From: Thermoplasmatota archaeon
GTDB taxonomy: Archaea; Thermoplasmatota; E2; JACPAO01; JAHFTW01
Length of the DNA stretch: 31,454 bases
Direction of reading: 5' to 3'
Assembly (NCBI GenBank): GCA_041601615.1
Contig: JBFIHX010000018.1
Coordinates: forward strand, 1-31,454
The position numbers and the translations under genes were made by a program. Of the stretch, positions 1 to 7,578 are shown piece by piece (within the stretch, counting starts at the first letter, position 1; each line of letters begins with the position of its first letter). The notes under the pieces were generated by a model, which was not told the DNA's origin, searched no databases, and saw only the letters and a list, made by a program, of their open reading frames with translations.

Positions 1-113
1 CGTGGTCGGATGAGCCTCAAGAGTTCAGGCAAGACAGGCAAGCCAGTCTTGGTTCCTTGGCTGCCGACGCGAGCGTCGTTGGCCTTGGATTTGGACTCCG
101 TTGGCTCCAATAG

Positions 114-276
114 TGGGGCCACTGGGATTTGAACCCAGATCAGCGGGTCTCTCCGATGGATCAGCGCTCCAGTGATTCGTCACGGATTCGGGGAGCTACC
201 CCTCATTTGGCTGACCCTTGTTCTCATCATCTCCATCACTGGAGCCCACGATGATACCTGGTTACACTATAGCCCC
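114..276 (-). tRNA. trnW: tRNA-Trp(CCA) with a 90-nt intron at 37/38
   Basis: Minus strand reads GGGGCTA..GTGGG CT CCA G [intron 238-149] A CCCGC..CTGGG TTCAAAT CCCAG TGGCCCC A. The splice motif is a canonical BHB: helix CTCC/GGAG, bulges AGT and AGA. The CCA tail is not encoded. Confidence 0.97.
149..238 (-). ncRNA. Box C/D guide RNA encoded in the tRNA-Trp intron
   Basis: Box C ATGATGA, C' GTGACGA, D CTGA, terminal stem GATGGA/TCCATC. The D guide TCACTGGAGC pairs with pre-tRNA GCTCCAGTGA, placing D+5 on C34. Confidence 0.92.
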
Positions 277-349
277 GAGGGGGGCCATGGTGCAGGGTCC
301 GGCGTATGCGGGCCGAGAGGAATTCCCGGCTCTAGGAAAAGGAGGCTGA

Positions 350-457
350 TCAGCCCTTACGAGCACGTAGGGCGCGCTTTCGGCGGCGCATTTTCTTCTT
401 GCGCCACTTCCAGCGTTGATTGCCTGGTTTCTTCCAGGCTCGACTTCCACGCTTCAT
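350..457 (-). CDS. rpl41e: Ribosomal protein L41e (eL41/eS32), 35 aa; absent from the ORF track
   Basis: Hand translation gives MKRGSRAWKKPGNQRWKWRKKKMRRRKRALRARKG, matching the long archaeal L41e pattern (MKR...WKK.G..RWKW.KK..RR.KR). SD-like AGGTGA lies upstream, and a T-rich tract follows the stop. Confidence 0.92.
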   Translation of the reverse strand: MKRGSRAWKKPGNQRWKWRKKKMRRRKRALRARKG

Positions 458-512
458 GGGGGGTTCACCTGCCCCCTAAGGGGCCGATGGGCCGGCCGAC
501 TGGAGGGCGTGG

Positions 513-524
513 TATAAGCGTTGC
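513..524 (-). promoter_or_regulatory. BRE/TATA-like promoter of rpl41e
   Basis: Minus strand GCAACGCTTATA. A near-identical GCAACGCTTAAG (~1214-1225) lies ~26 nt upstream of the 550-1188 gene start. Confidence 0.6.
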
Positions 525-549
525 TTCGTGAGAACGCCTGATTTGGGCA

Positions 550-1188
550 TTAGAAGAGCAACGTGTCGCCTTGCAGGCAGCCTTCGCCGAGTGCATGGTG
601 TTCGCCGCCGAGGCTGGCTTCGCTGCTCCATTGGAGTCCGGCGATGCCGTTGGACTCTTCGTAGATCCAGGAGGTGTCGGCCAGGTAGAGGATGGTGGGG
701 CCGGCGGGCGGGAGTGCTTGGTAGTCGCTGGCATCGGCGTGGCAGATGCCGTCGTCGGCTTCCTCTACGAGTTCTTCTGCTGCTTCGGCCACTTGGATGA
801 GCATCGTGGCGTTGCCGGTGAGGTTGCCGTCGCTGACGGTGAGGGTGATGGTGTGGTTGCCGGCGCCGAGGGTCTGGTTGACGGTGGCGGGCAGGCTGGT
901 TCCGTTGAGGGTTTGGTTGCCGACGGTGAGGGTCCAGGTGAGGTTGGTGCCTTCGGCGTCGGTGCCGTTGAGGGTGAGGGTGACGTTGAGGGGGGCGGTG
1001 CCGTTGATGGCGCTTGCTTCTAGGAGGGCCACGGGCGCGGTGTTGTTCACGGCTTGGTCGACGGTTTCGTTGCCGCCGTCGATACCTTGCACGGGCTCGG
1101 GGGCTGGATCGGTTCCGGGGGCATCATTGATGCAGCCGGAGAGGAGGGTTAGGAGGGCAGCGCAGGCTACCCACGACTTGGACACCAT
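550..1188 (-). CDS. Lipoprotein with a PKD/Ig-like domain
   Basis: Lipobox LLSGC; PKD-like NTAPVA..GTAPLNVTL..D.EG..LTWT..GNHTITLTVSDG; many NxT/S sequons. Confidence 0.8.
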   Translation of the reverse strand: MVSKSWVACAALLTLLSGCINDAPGTDPAPEPVQGIDGGNETVDQAVNNTAPVALLEASAINGTAPLNVTLTLNGTDAEGTNLTWTLTVGNQTLNGTSLPATVNQTLGAGNHTITLTVSDGNLTGNATMLIQVAEAAEELVEEADDGICHADASDYQALPPAGPTILYLADTSWIYEESNGIAGLQWSSEASLGGEHHALGEGCLQGDTLLF

Positions 1189-1230
1189 AGTTTGCGACCC
1201 GGTTGTCGGGGGCTTAAGCGTTGCTGCGCT

Positions 1231-2115
1231 TCAGGCGTGCAGGAGGGGTGCCAGTAGTTGTGCTGCGATGGCGGGGGCGGCGCTGACGGTGTCGCAGCCG
1301 TCGGTGTGGATGGTGTCGGTGCAGAGGATGCGGTCGATGCCGCCGGCGAGAATTTTGGGGATGGCGCCGCCGGTGAAGATGCCGTGGGTGCAGACGGCGT
1401 ACACTTTGGAGGCGCCTTGTTGCTTGAGTTGGGTGGCGGCGGTGATCATGGTGCCGCCGCTGGCGATCATGTCGTCGACGATGGCGACGGATTTGCCTGC
1501 TACGTCGAGGTCTTTGGCTTTCATGACGACTTCGGTGGGGCCGAGGCGGGTTTTTTCCATGTGGTCGCAGGGAATTCCGAGGAGTGCGGCGGCTTCGTTG
1601 GCGTGGGCGCGGGCGCCTTTGTCGGGTGCGAGGATGACTTCGACGCCCCAGTCTCCGAGTTTCTTGGCAAGTTGGGGGATGGCGGTGACGCTGTGGGCGC
1701 CGTCGAAGAAGAAGTCGAGGATTGCTTCTTTGTGGGGGTCGACGGTGATGACTTGGTCGGCGGTGGTGGCGAGGGCGCGGGCGACGGCTCGGCTGCTGAC
1801 GGCTTCGCCGGGCTTGAAGACCTGGTCTTGGCGGGCGTAGCCGTAGTAGGGGATGACGCTGGTGATTTTGGCGGCTCCGTGTTCGCGGGCGGCGTCTTGG
1901 AGCAGCAAAAGTTCGATGAGGTTGTCGTTGGGGGCAGTGGTTTGGACGAGGATGGCGTGTTTGCCTTCGATTTCGCTGACGATGCGGGCGTAGACTTCGC
2001 CGTCGGGGAAGCGGTGGATGTCGGTTTCGGCGAGTTCGGCGCCGAGTTCATCGGCGAGCCTTGTGGCGAGGGTTAGGCTGGCAGAGCCGGGTACGACTAC
2101 GAGCGGGAGGCTCAC
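1231..2115 (-). CDS. prs: Ribose-phosphate pyrophosphokinase
   Basis: Motifs RFPDGE, IPYYGYARQD, APDKGA, IVDDMIASGGT, CTHG. Start trimmed to the GTG at 2115. Confidence 0.96.
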   Translation of the reverse strand: MSLPLVVVPGSASLTLATRLADELGAELAETDIHRFPDGEVYARIVSEIEGKHAILVQTTAPNDNLIELLLLQDAAREHGAAKITSVIPYYGYARQDQVFKPGEAVSSRAVARALATTADQVITVDPHKEAILDFFFDGAHSVTAIPQLAKKLGDWGVEVILAPDKGARAHANEAAALLGIPCDHMEKTRLGPTEVVMKAKDLDVAGKSVAIVDDMIASGGTMITAATQLKQQGASKVYAVCTHGIFTGGAIPKILAGGIDRILCTDTIHTDGCDTVSAAPAIAAQLLAPLLHA

Positions 2116-2212
2116 GTTGGGCGCGAGTGGGGCGCGGCGCAAAAGGGGTGCGGTGCTGGATTTCCCGCATATCCCGATGCAGTGCAAAGAAGGAGGGGCC
2201 GGATGGACGGGT

Positions 2213-2617
2213 ATGCGCTCTGCATTCTTCGTCGCGGCCCTTGTTGCCGCCGTCGCGCTCACGACCGTGCCCTCGGCCTCTGCCGCGTGCCTGTTTGGGT
2301 ATGATCCCAATGCGGATGCGAACGTTTGCTATGAAGTGGACTCGTACCAGGAACCCGCGTACGTGTACACGGTGGAGTTCACGTGCACGTACCAGATTGG
2401 CACGCAGTGCGTGGGCGCGCCGTACTTCGAGCCCTTGTATCAGGGTGGCTGGTATGATGTGCCGTTTGCACACGTCTGGGTCGATGGTGTTCTTGTGTAC
2501 TGCAACGTTTCCATCAATGTGGTGGATGTCGCATGGATCGACCGTGCGCCTCGATGCCCTACGCATGTTTCGTCGCAGGGAGCCACGGTGCTGCTCTTTG
2601 ATGAGCTGCCTCTCTAG
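2213..2617 (+). CDS. Small secreted Cys/Tyr-rich hypothetical protein (134 aa)
   Basis: Signal peptide MRSAFFVAALVAAVALTTVPSASA; six Cys in the mature part; fills the gap between prs and the methyltransferase. Confidence 0.7.
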   Translation: MRSAFFVAALVAAVALTTVPSASAACLFGYDPNADANVCYEVDSYQEPAYVYTVEFTCTYQIGTQCVGAPYFEPLYQGGWYDVPFAHVWVDGVLVYCNVSINVVDVAWIDRAPRCPTHVSSQGATVLLFDELPL

Positions 2618-3276
2618 GCGCCGAGCCTTGTTCGGGTCGCGGGTGTTACTTCTGCAACCCAGTTGTCTGCCTCCTCTGCCGCCACGGCAACCCCTTCCAG
2701 TCGCTTGACGGTGAATCCGGCGTCGACGAGGGCGGTATGCAGGGATTCTCGGGTGTACAAGTGGTACGTCCGCTCCTCCTCGTGGCCCCCTGCTCGCCAG
2801 GGTATGGATATGTCTAGTGCCTCGCCGGCGACACCTTCGCTGCGAAAGCGTGGTGCGTCGCGGCTCCACACGGTCACGAGAGCGGTCCCGCCTGGAGCCA
2901 GAACACGTTGCAGCTCTTGCAAACTGGCAGCACGGGCGGCGGCGGAAGGAATGCCGTGCAGTCCAGCAATGTAGAGGACGGCGTCGAAGCTGGTGGAGGC
3001 AAATGGCAGGCGCGTGGCATCTCCGACCACGACGGGTCCTTGCAACCGGGCGGCGGCGATGCTGGCGGCGGGTCGGCTCCAGTCGAACCAGGTGGTGTGG
3101 TGGCCGGCGGCTTCGGCGTAGGCTGCGTGCCTTCCGTTTCCTGCCATCAAGTCCAGAACTCGCTGGCTGGGCGGCAGGGCGTCGACGAAATCGGTCACGG
3201 CGCTCCACGTTCGTTCCCGCGTGGCGTCGAAGGAGTGTGCAATGCGTTCCCAGACGCCGTGTTGGGGGTGGACCAC
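2614..3276 (-). CDS. Class I SAM-dependent methyltransferase, Trm9/ALKBH8-like (tRNA wobble-uridine)
   Basis: VWERIAHSFDATR..W, motif I VLDLMAGNGRH, GDATRLPF..SFDAV..IA.LH, RVLAPGG, IPW, R.YHLY and DNW follow the Trm9-family layout. Start codon (GTG 3276) is approximate. Confidence 0.8.
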   Translation of the reverse strand: MVHPQHGVWERIAHSFDATRERTWSAVTDFVDALPPSQRVLDLMAGNGRHAAYAEAAGHHTTWFDWSRPAASIAAARLQGPVVVGDATRLPFASTSFDAVLYIAGLHGIPSAAARAASLQELQRVLAPGGTALVTVWSRDAPRFRSEGVAGEALDISIPWRAGGHEEERTYHLYTRESLHTALVDAGFTVKRLEGVAVAAEEADNWVAEVTPATRTRLGA

Positions 3277-3639
3277 AGGCGGCCGATGGCTGTTGGCTTG
3301 AAGGGAGTGACGACACGAGGCCGACGAAGGCGGAGGCGCGTGCCCGGCCTCTGCGGCGCATTCCTTCCTAAGGGCGTGTCTGTTTTGGGCCCATTTTGCC
3401 AATTTGACTAGATAGAGACGGTTCACAGGACGCGCCTTAAGGACACCCACCCGGTAGTCGTAATTGTCAGTGATGCGGCTTGCCGCGTCGCAGGCAGACC
3501 ATACCACCACACCCACCCCCTGCCCCGGCGCCTGTTCGTTCCCGTATCAGGCGCCGGGGCCCCATTGATTGCTCGGTGGTTGGGACGTTTGCAGCTTTTT
3601 CTTCGCAGCCTTCATCCCCGGACGGGAGCTTGCATCGTC

Positions 3640-4737
3640 GTGGATGCGCTTTTTGCCCGTCGCTTGACCATCATTGCCGGCAAGGGCGGCGTCGGCAAGA
3701 CAACAACGTCGGCGGCCACCGCAATGGCTCTGGCAAAGGCGGGCAAGCGCACGCTGCTTGTGACGGTGGATCCAGCCAAACGCCTGGAAGACAGCCTCGG
3801 GGTGACCGTGGGCGACAAGGAAACGCCCATTCAGCCCAATTTGTCGGCGATGATGCTGGACCCTGGCGCCGTCATCACGGAGCACCTGGAGCGCGAAGTC
3901 CCGGACGCCCACATCACGGAACATCCGCTGTTTCAGTACGTGACGAAGTACATGCCTGGATTGAACGAACTCATGGCCATTGGCAAACTCAATGACCTGC
4001 GCCGTGAGGGCAAATACGACCACATCGTCATCGACACCGCGCCCACGGGCCACGCCTTGTCCTTCCTTTCTGTGCCTAAGGCGATGGACGAGTTGATGTC
4101 CGAAAAGAGCCTCTTGCGATGGGCGATGCGGGGATATCAAGTCTGGCAACGACTCCAAACCACCGCGCACGGGGTCGGAAACCTGTTTCGCAAGAAGGGG
4201 GACAAGAAGCGCGGGCCGCCAGAGATTGACTTCGAGCGCATCTTTGCGCAAATCCAAGACCAGGCGCAGCAAATCCGGGAATTCTTGTCCGACCCCGACC
4301 ACAGCGCCCTCGTCATCGTGACCTTGCCCGAAAAGCTCCCCGTGGAGGAGACCATGGACTTGCACCACGCCATCACCGAAGACTTGGGAATGTCGGTCCA
4401 TCACATCGTCGTCAACAAAGTGCAACCCGACGCATTGTCGGGCGTGCAGGAGGAGTTCGATGCGATGGCCGGAGACAAGAAGGCAAGGGCAGCATTCGTC
4501 GAAAAAGCCGCCAAATCCACCAAGGCGACTCTGGGCCTTGTCTCCGCCCTTCTGGAAGCAACCGAATTCGCGGAGGTGCGCCGCGCCATGAACATGGACT
4601 ATATCCAAGAACTACGCGAGCGGCTTCCCGGGGTGCCCATCGTCACGGTGCCGTTGTTCAAGCAGGACGTGCAGGGGTTGAAGCGGCTCGGTGCGTACCG
4701 GGATGCGTTGTTCGATGAAGGCAACGTGTTGGTCTAG
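3640..4737 (+). CDS. ArsA/GET3 (TRC40)-family ATPase, single domain
   Basis: GKGGVGKTT deviant Walker A, VDPAKRL, PGLNEL, DTAPTGH, VVNK. Start placed at GTG 3640. Confidence 0.92.
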   Translation: MDALFARRLTIIAGKGGVGKTTTSAATAMALAKAGKRTLLVTVDPAKRLEDSLGVTVGDKETPIQPNLSAMMLDPGAVITEHLEREVPDAHITEHPLFQYVTKYMPGLNELMAIGKLNDLRREGKYDHIVIDTAPTGHALSFLSVPKAMDELMSEKSLLRWAMRGYQVWQRLQTTAHGVGNLFRKKGDKKRGPPEIDFERIFAQIQDQAQQIREFLSDPDHSALVIVTLPEKLPVEETMDLHHAITEDLGMSVHHIVVNKVQPDALSGVQEEFDAMAGDKKARAAFVEKAAKSTKATLGLVSALLEATEFAEVRRAMNMDYIQELRERLPGVPIVTVPLFKQDVQGLKRLGAYRDALFDEGNVLV

Positions 4738-5516
4738 CAATCAGTGCGAGCGGCGACACGGGTGAAGTGCACGACGTTCACTTGTGAATCCAGGACCACA
4801 ATGGACTCCCGAGAGCTCTTTCCAATGTCTGGGTCGAGCAGGTAGTAGCGGCCATCATTGTGCAGGATGTGGATGTAGGACTTATTTTCCAGGCCTACTG
4901 GCGTGGGCATGAACGTCACTTCGTCGTGGTGGGCGCAACCTTCCTTGAGGGCTGTTGCCTGAGCCATACCGTGAAATCCAGTGGCCAAACCCCAGAAGAG
5001 GAGGACAAGCAAGGTGAGCATGACCACGCCAGCAGCGTCACGCTTCGCCCTTCGATCTTCGGGAGCCAAACGGATGCGGGCACGGGGATTGGAGGAAACC
5101 CAGAAAATCATGATGAGGAGCAGCAAGAAGAAGCCGGTACCCCAGTTCAGCCGGAACCACTTCGTTTCCCATCCGTCGTTCGCAAGAATCAAGGACATTC
5201 GTGCCCACCCGACCAGCGCTGCAGCCGCCGCAGCCGTTCCTAGTGCATCCATTCGATACCGGGACCAGTGTTGGTTGTCCACCGGAAGCAGGGAAGAAAC
5301 AGCGAACAGCCCCACGAACAGCGCCAACGGATAGATGAGGGGCAGGAAGCTCGCCTGGAGATATACATACGGTGGAAACAACAGACTCTCCGCCGGAATG
5401 GAGAGCGCCGTGTAGTAGGAGTTCATCCACAAGTATCCGGTCAGGGAAAGGAACCCGGCGGCGAGCAATGTCCAAAGTGTTGCATCACGCAACCAGGCGT
5501 TACTTTCCGGTTCCAC
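4734..5516 (-). CDS. Hypothetical polytopic membrane protein
   Basis: About five hydrophobic segments plus a C-terminal soluble beta-rich tail. Confidence 0.75.
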   Translation of the reverse strand: MEPESNAWLRDATLWTLLAAGFLSLTGYLWMNSYYTALSIPAESLLFPPYVYLQASFLPLIYPLALFVGLFAVSSLLPVDNQHWSRYRMDALGTAAAAAALVGWARMSLILANDGWETKWFRLNWGTGFFLLLLIMIFWVSSNPRARIRLAPEDRRAKRDAAGVVMLTLLVLLFWGLATGFHGMAQATALKEGCAHHDEVTFMPTPVGLENKSYIHILHNDGRYYLLDPDIGKSSRESIVVLDSQVNVVHFTRVAARTDC

Positions 5517-5605
5517 TCGGCGCCCAGCGTCAAGGAAGGCATGACCTTATTTGTTTGAATCGGCCCGCCGATCCAACCGGTAGGGCGCCGCTTCATGTAG
5601 CAATC

Positions 5606-5830
5606 TCAGTGTACGAGCTGCCGGCGTCCCATGCGGTTTTCCCGAGGCTCGTCTCCAAGCGCCACGGGTGCATGGTCCCAGGTCAGGTTGCAGTAGAGGC
5701 AGGTGACGCGCACGCTTGCCTTGATACGGTCGGTGCTCAAGGAGCCACGGACGTCCATGGTCTTGCCGGCCTGCGTTTCGATCAAAAAGCCAGCGTCTGA
5801 TCCGCACTTGGAACATCGCAGATTGACCAT
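5606..5830 (-). CDS. Small Zn-ribbon protein (74 aa)
   Basis: MVNLRCSKCG...VTCLYC gives two CxxC pairs; TATA-like TTTGTATAA ~25-35 nt upstream of the ATG at 5830. The longer ORF in the track overlaps the SRP RNA. Confidence 0.65.
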   Translation of the reverse strand: MVNLRCSKCGSDAGFLIETQAGKTMDVRGSLSTDRIKASVRVTCLYCNLTWDHAPVALGDEPRENRMGRRQLVH

Positions 5831-5900
5831 GATAAGACCCTTGAGTCTGGATGGGTTATACAAACCCTTGCGTGGCACAGCGGTGGCCGACCCTTTAGCG

Positions 5901-6208
5901 GGCAGGGACACGTCTTGCATACTTACCGGGACCCGCTCGAGTGCTCCCCTGGTGCTCTCCACCCCGCGATCCTCCAAACGTAGAACGTTCGCGGTGAGGC
6001 TGCTCCCTTCCGGGCCTGACCCGGTTCTCGCGTTGAAGGAATTTCGCCTCCCTTCCGGGAGGGTTCTTTCCACCGACCACCTCAGAGGACGAGGCTTCAT
6101 TGGTAAACAGGGGCTCGATTGATACGGACCCCGGCAGCCGTGCAAGGGATTCGGCCGCGCTATAGACTTCGCGAAACGGGGGCGCCTACTCCCCACCTAG
6201 TCCCCGCC
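5901..6208 (-). ncRNA. ffs: Archaeal SRP (7S) RNA
   Basis: Helix-8 signature GGGTCAGGCCCGGAAGGGAGCAGCC; Alu-like 5' region GGACTAGGTGGGGAGTAGGCGCCCCC..GCGCGGCCGAA; helix 1 GGCGGGGAC/GTCCCTGCC; 308 nt. Confidence 0.96.
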
Positions 6209-6258
6209 TATCGCCGGGTCGCCACGCTTGTGGCGCAGTTTCGCGGACTCGAGGGGGG

Positions 6259-6266
6259 TACATAAA
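6259..6266 (-). promoter_or_regulatory. TATA box for the SRP RNA precursor
   Basis: TTTATGTA on the minus strand predicts a start near 6235, upstream of the BHB stem. Confidence 0.65.
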
Positions 6267-6293
6267 CGGTGTCGTGTCGCTCGGGGGTTTGAT

Positions 6294-7289
6294 TCAGGGT
6301 TGGCGCTCAATGCGTATTCTTGCGTCGGTGATGGCGGTGACGGTGCCGGGGATGCTTGCGTGGCAACTGACGCTGAGTGATTCGGGGATGAAGGCGCCGA
6401 TTTCTTGGCCGGCGCGAACCTCGTCTCCGATGCGTACAACGGGGATGGCGGCTTCTCCGTAGCGGCCGCGTAGGGGAATTTCGACGCTGTCTACTTCGTC
6501 GGCGAGGATGCTGATGCGGCTGGGTGGTTCGTGTCCGGGGCCGGGGTAGTGTTTGCCGCGGCCTTGGAATTTGGCGGGGTCGACCAGGAATAGGCCGTTG
6601 GTGGTGCGGGTGACGACGTGGCTTGTGGGGTCTTCGATGACGTCGCCAAGCAGGGGGCCGCCGTCGACGAGGCGGTATTTTTTGGCCACTTCGTCGGGGT
6701 CGATGCCGGCGTGGCGCCAAATATCGTTGACGCTGGTGCCGATGGGGGCTTGCAGCACTTCGTCGTGTTCGATCTCGCCGATGGTTTGGAGGAACTTGTA
6801 CATCACGGGGCGGTGTTCGGTGAGTGCCCAGTAGAGGTTGTAGAGGGTCTCGGTGTTGTCGACGGTGACGCCTACGTGGGGTGGGATGGCGCCTTTGGGG
6901 ACGGGGGTGCCGGTTACGAATTGGGTGAGCCGTTTTTCTTCGCCCATCATGTATTGGTCGGGGACGTAGCTCATTTCGAAGTCGCCGGTTTCCTCGGCGT
7001 AGTGGATGATTTCGGTGCAGTAGTGGATGTGTTTTTTCTTGACGGCGCAGACGACCCGTTCGTATCCGAGGATGTCGCGCAGGAGGCTCATGGCTTTGCA
7101 GATGATGTCGGGGCGCTCTTGCATCAGGAGTTTGTCACCGTAGTAGCCGGGTTCGCTTTCGGTGCAATTGGCGATGAAGGTCTTGGTTGGGTTTTGGAAT
7201 TTTATGTATGTGGGGAATCCGGCTCCGCCGGCACCCACGACGCCGGCGCGGCGTAGGAGCGTGGGGACGTGTTCTGCGTGGATGCGCAT
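6294..7289 (-). CDS. PduS/PrdC/RnfC-like FMN-NADH flavoprotein lacking the 2[4Fe-4S] domain
   Basis: AGVVGAGGAGFPT, N..E.EP...D, Y.MGEE..L, V.NTETL.N, SLBB-like PIGT..GGP.LG, and a C-terminal barrel-sandwich hybrid (IPL...G..A.P.V..GD.V..G..IG..HASIPGTV). No CxxCxxCxxxCP motif. Confidence 0.85.
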   Translation of the reverse strand: MRIHAEHVPTLLRRAGVVGAGGAGFPTYIKFQNPTKTFIANCTESEPGYYGDKLLMQERPDIICKAMSLLRDILGYERVVCAVKKKHIHYCTEIIHYAEETGDFEMSYVPDQYMMGEEKRLTQFVTGTPVPKGAIPPHVGVTVDNTETLYNLYWALTEHRPVMYKFLQTIGEIEHDEVLQAPIGTSVNDIWRHAGIDPDEVAKKYRLVDGGPLLGDVIEDPTSHVVTRTTNGLFLVDPAKFQGRGKHYPGPGHEPPSRISILADEVDSVEIPLRGRYGEAAIPVVRIGDEVRAGQEIGAFIPESLSVSCHASIPGTVTAITDARIRIERQP

Positions 7290-7419
7290 GGTGGGTGGTG
7301 GTTCGGTGCTGTGGGTCTGTAAGGGTGCGCGTCGGTCGCGGCGGTCGCGGTCGCGGTGGCGGTTCCGATGTCGAAGGCGCTGGCGGTGGCGGGGGCCGGG
7401 GCCGGGGTTGTGACGGCGG

Positions 7420-7494
7420 GGTGGTGGTGGTGGTGGTGGTGGTGGTGGTGGTGGTGGTGGTGGTGGTGGTGGTGGTGGTGGTGGTGGTGGTGGT
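7420..7494. repeat. (GGT)25 perfect microsatellite
   Basis: 75 nt of uninterrupted GGT between two divergent genes, with further G-runs to its left. Confidence 0.97.
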
Positions 7495-7578
7495 TGTGCG
7501 CAGGTTTGGGGCAACAGGGCCCGTGTGCCTTCGGGCGCCAAGCACTTGTTTTTAGCCGGCTGGACCCGAGGGGAAGTC

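Noticed and set aside
172-531. 119-aa and 62-aa ORFs in the track
   Set aside because: They overlap tRNA-Trp and rpl41e in other frames or on the other strand.
3640-4737. Arsenic resistance gene arsA
   Set aside because: Single domain, no Cys ligands, and no arsB, acr3, arsD or arsR nearby.
5831-6196. N-terminal part of the 196-aa ORF 5606-6196 and other ORFs here
   Set aside because: They overlap the SRP RNA; only the 74-aa CxxC portion is plausible.
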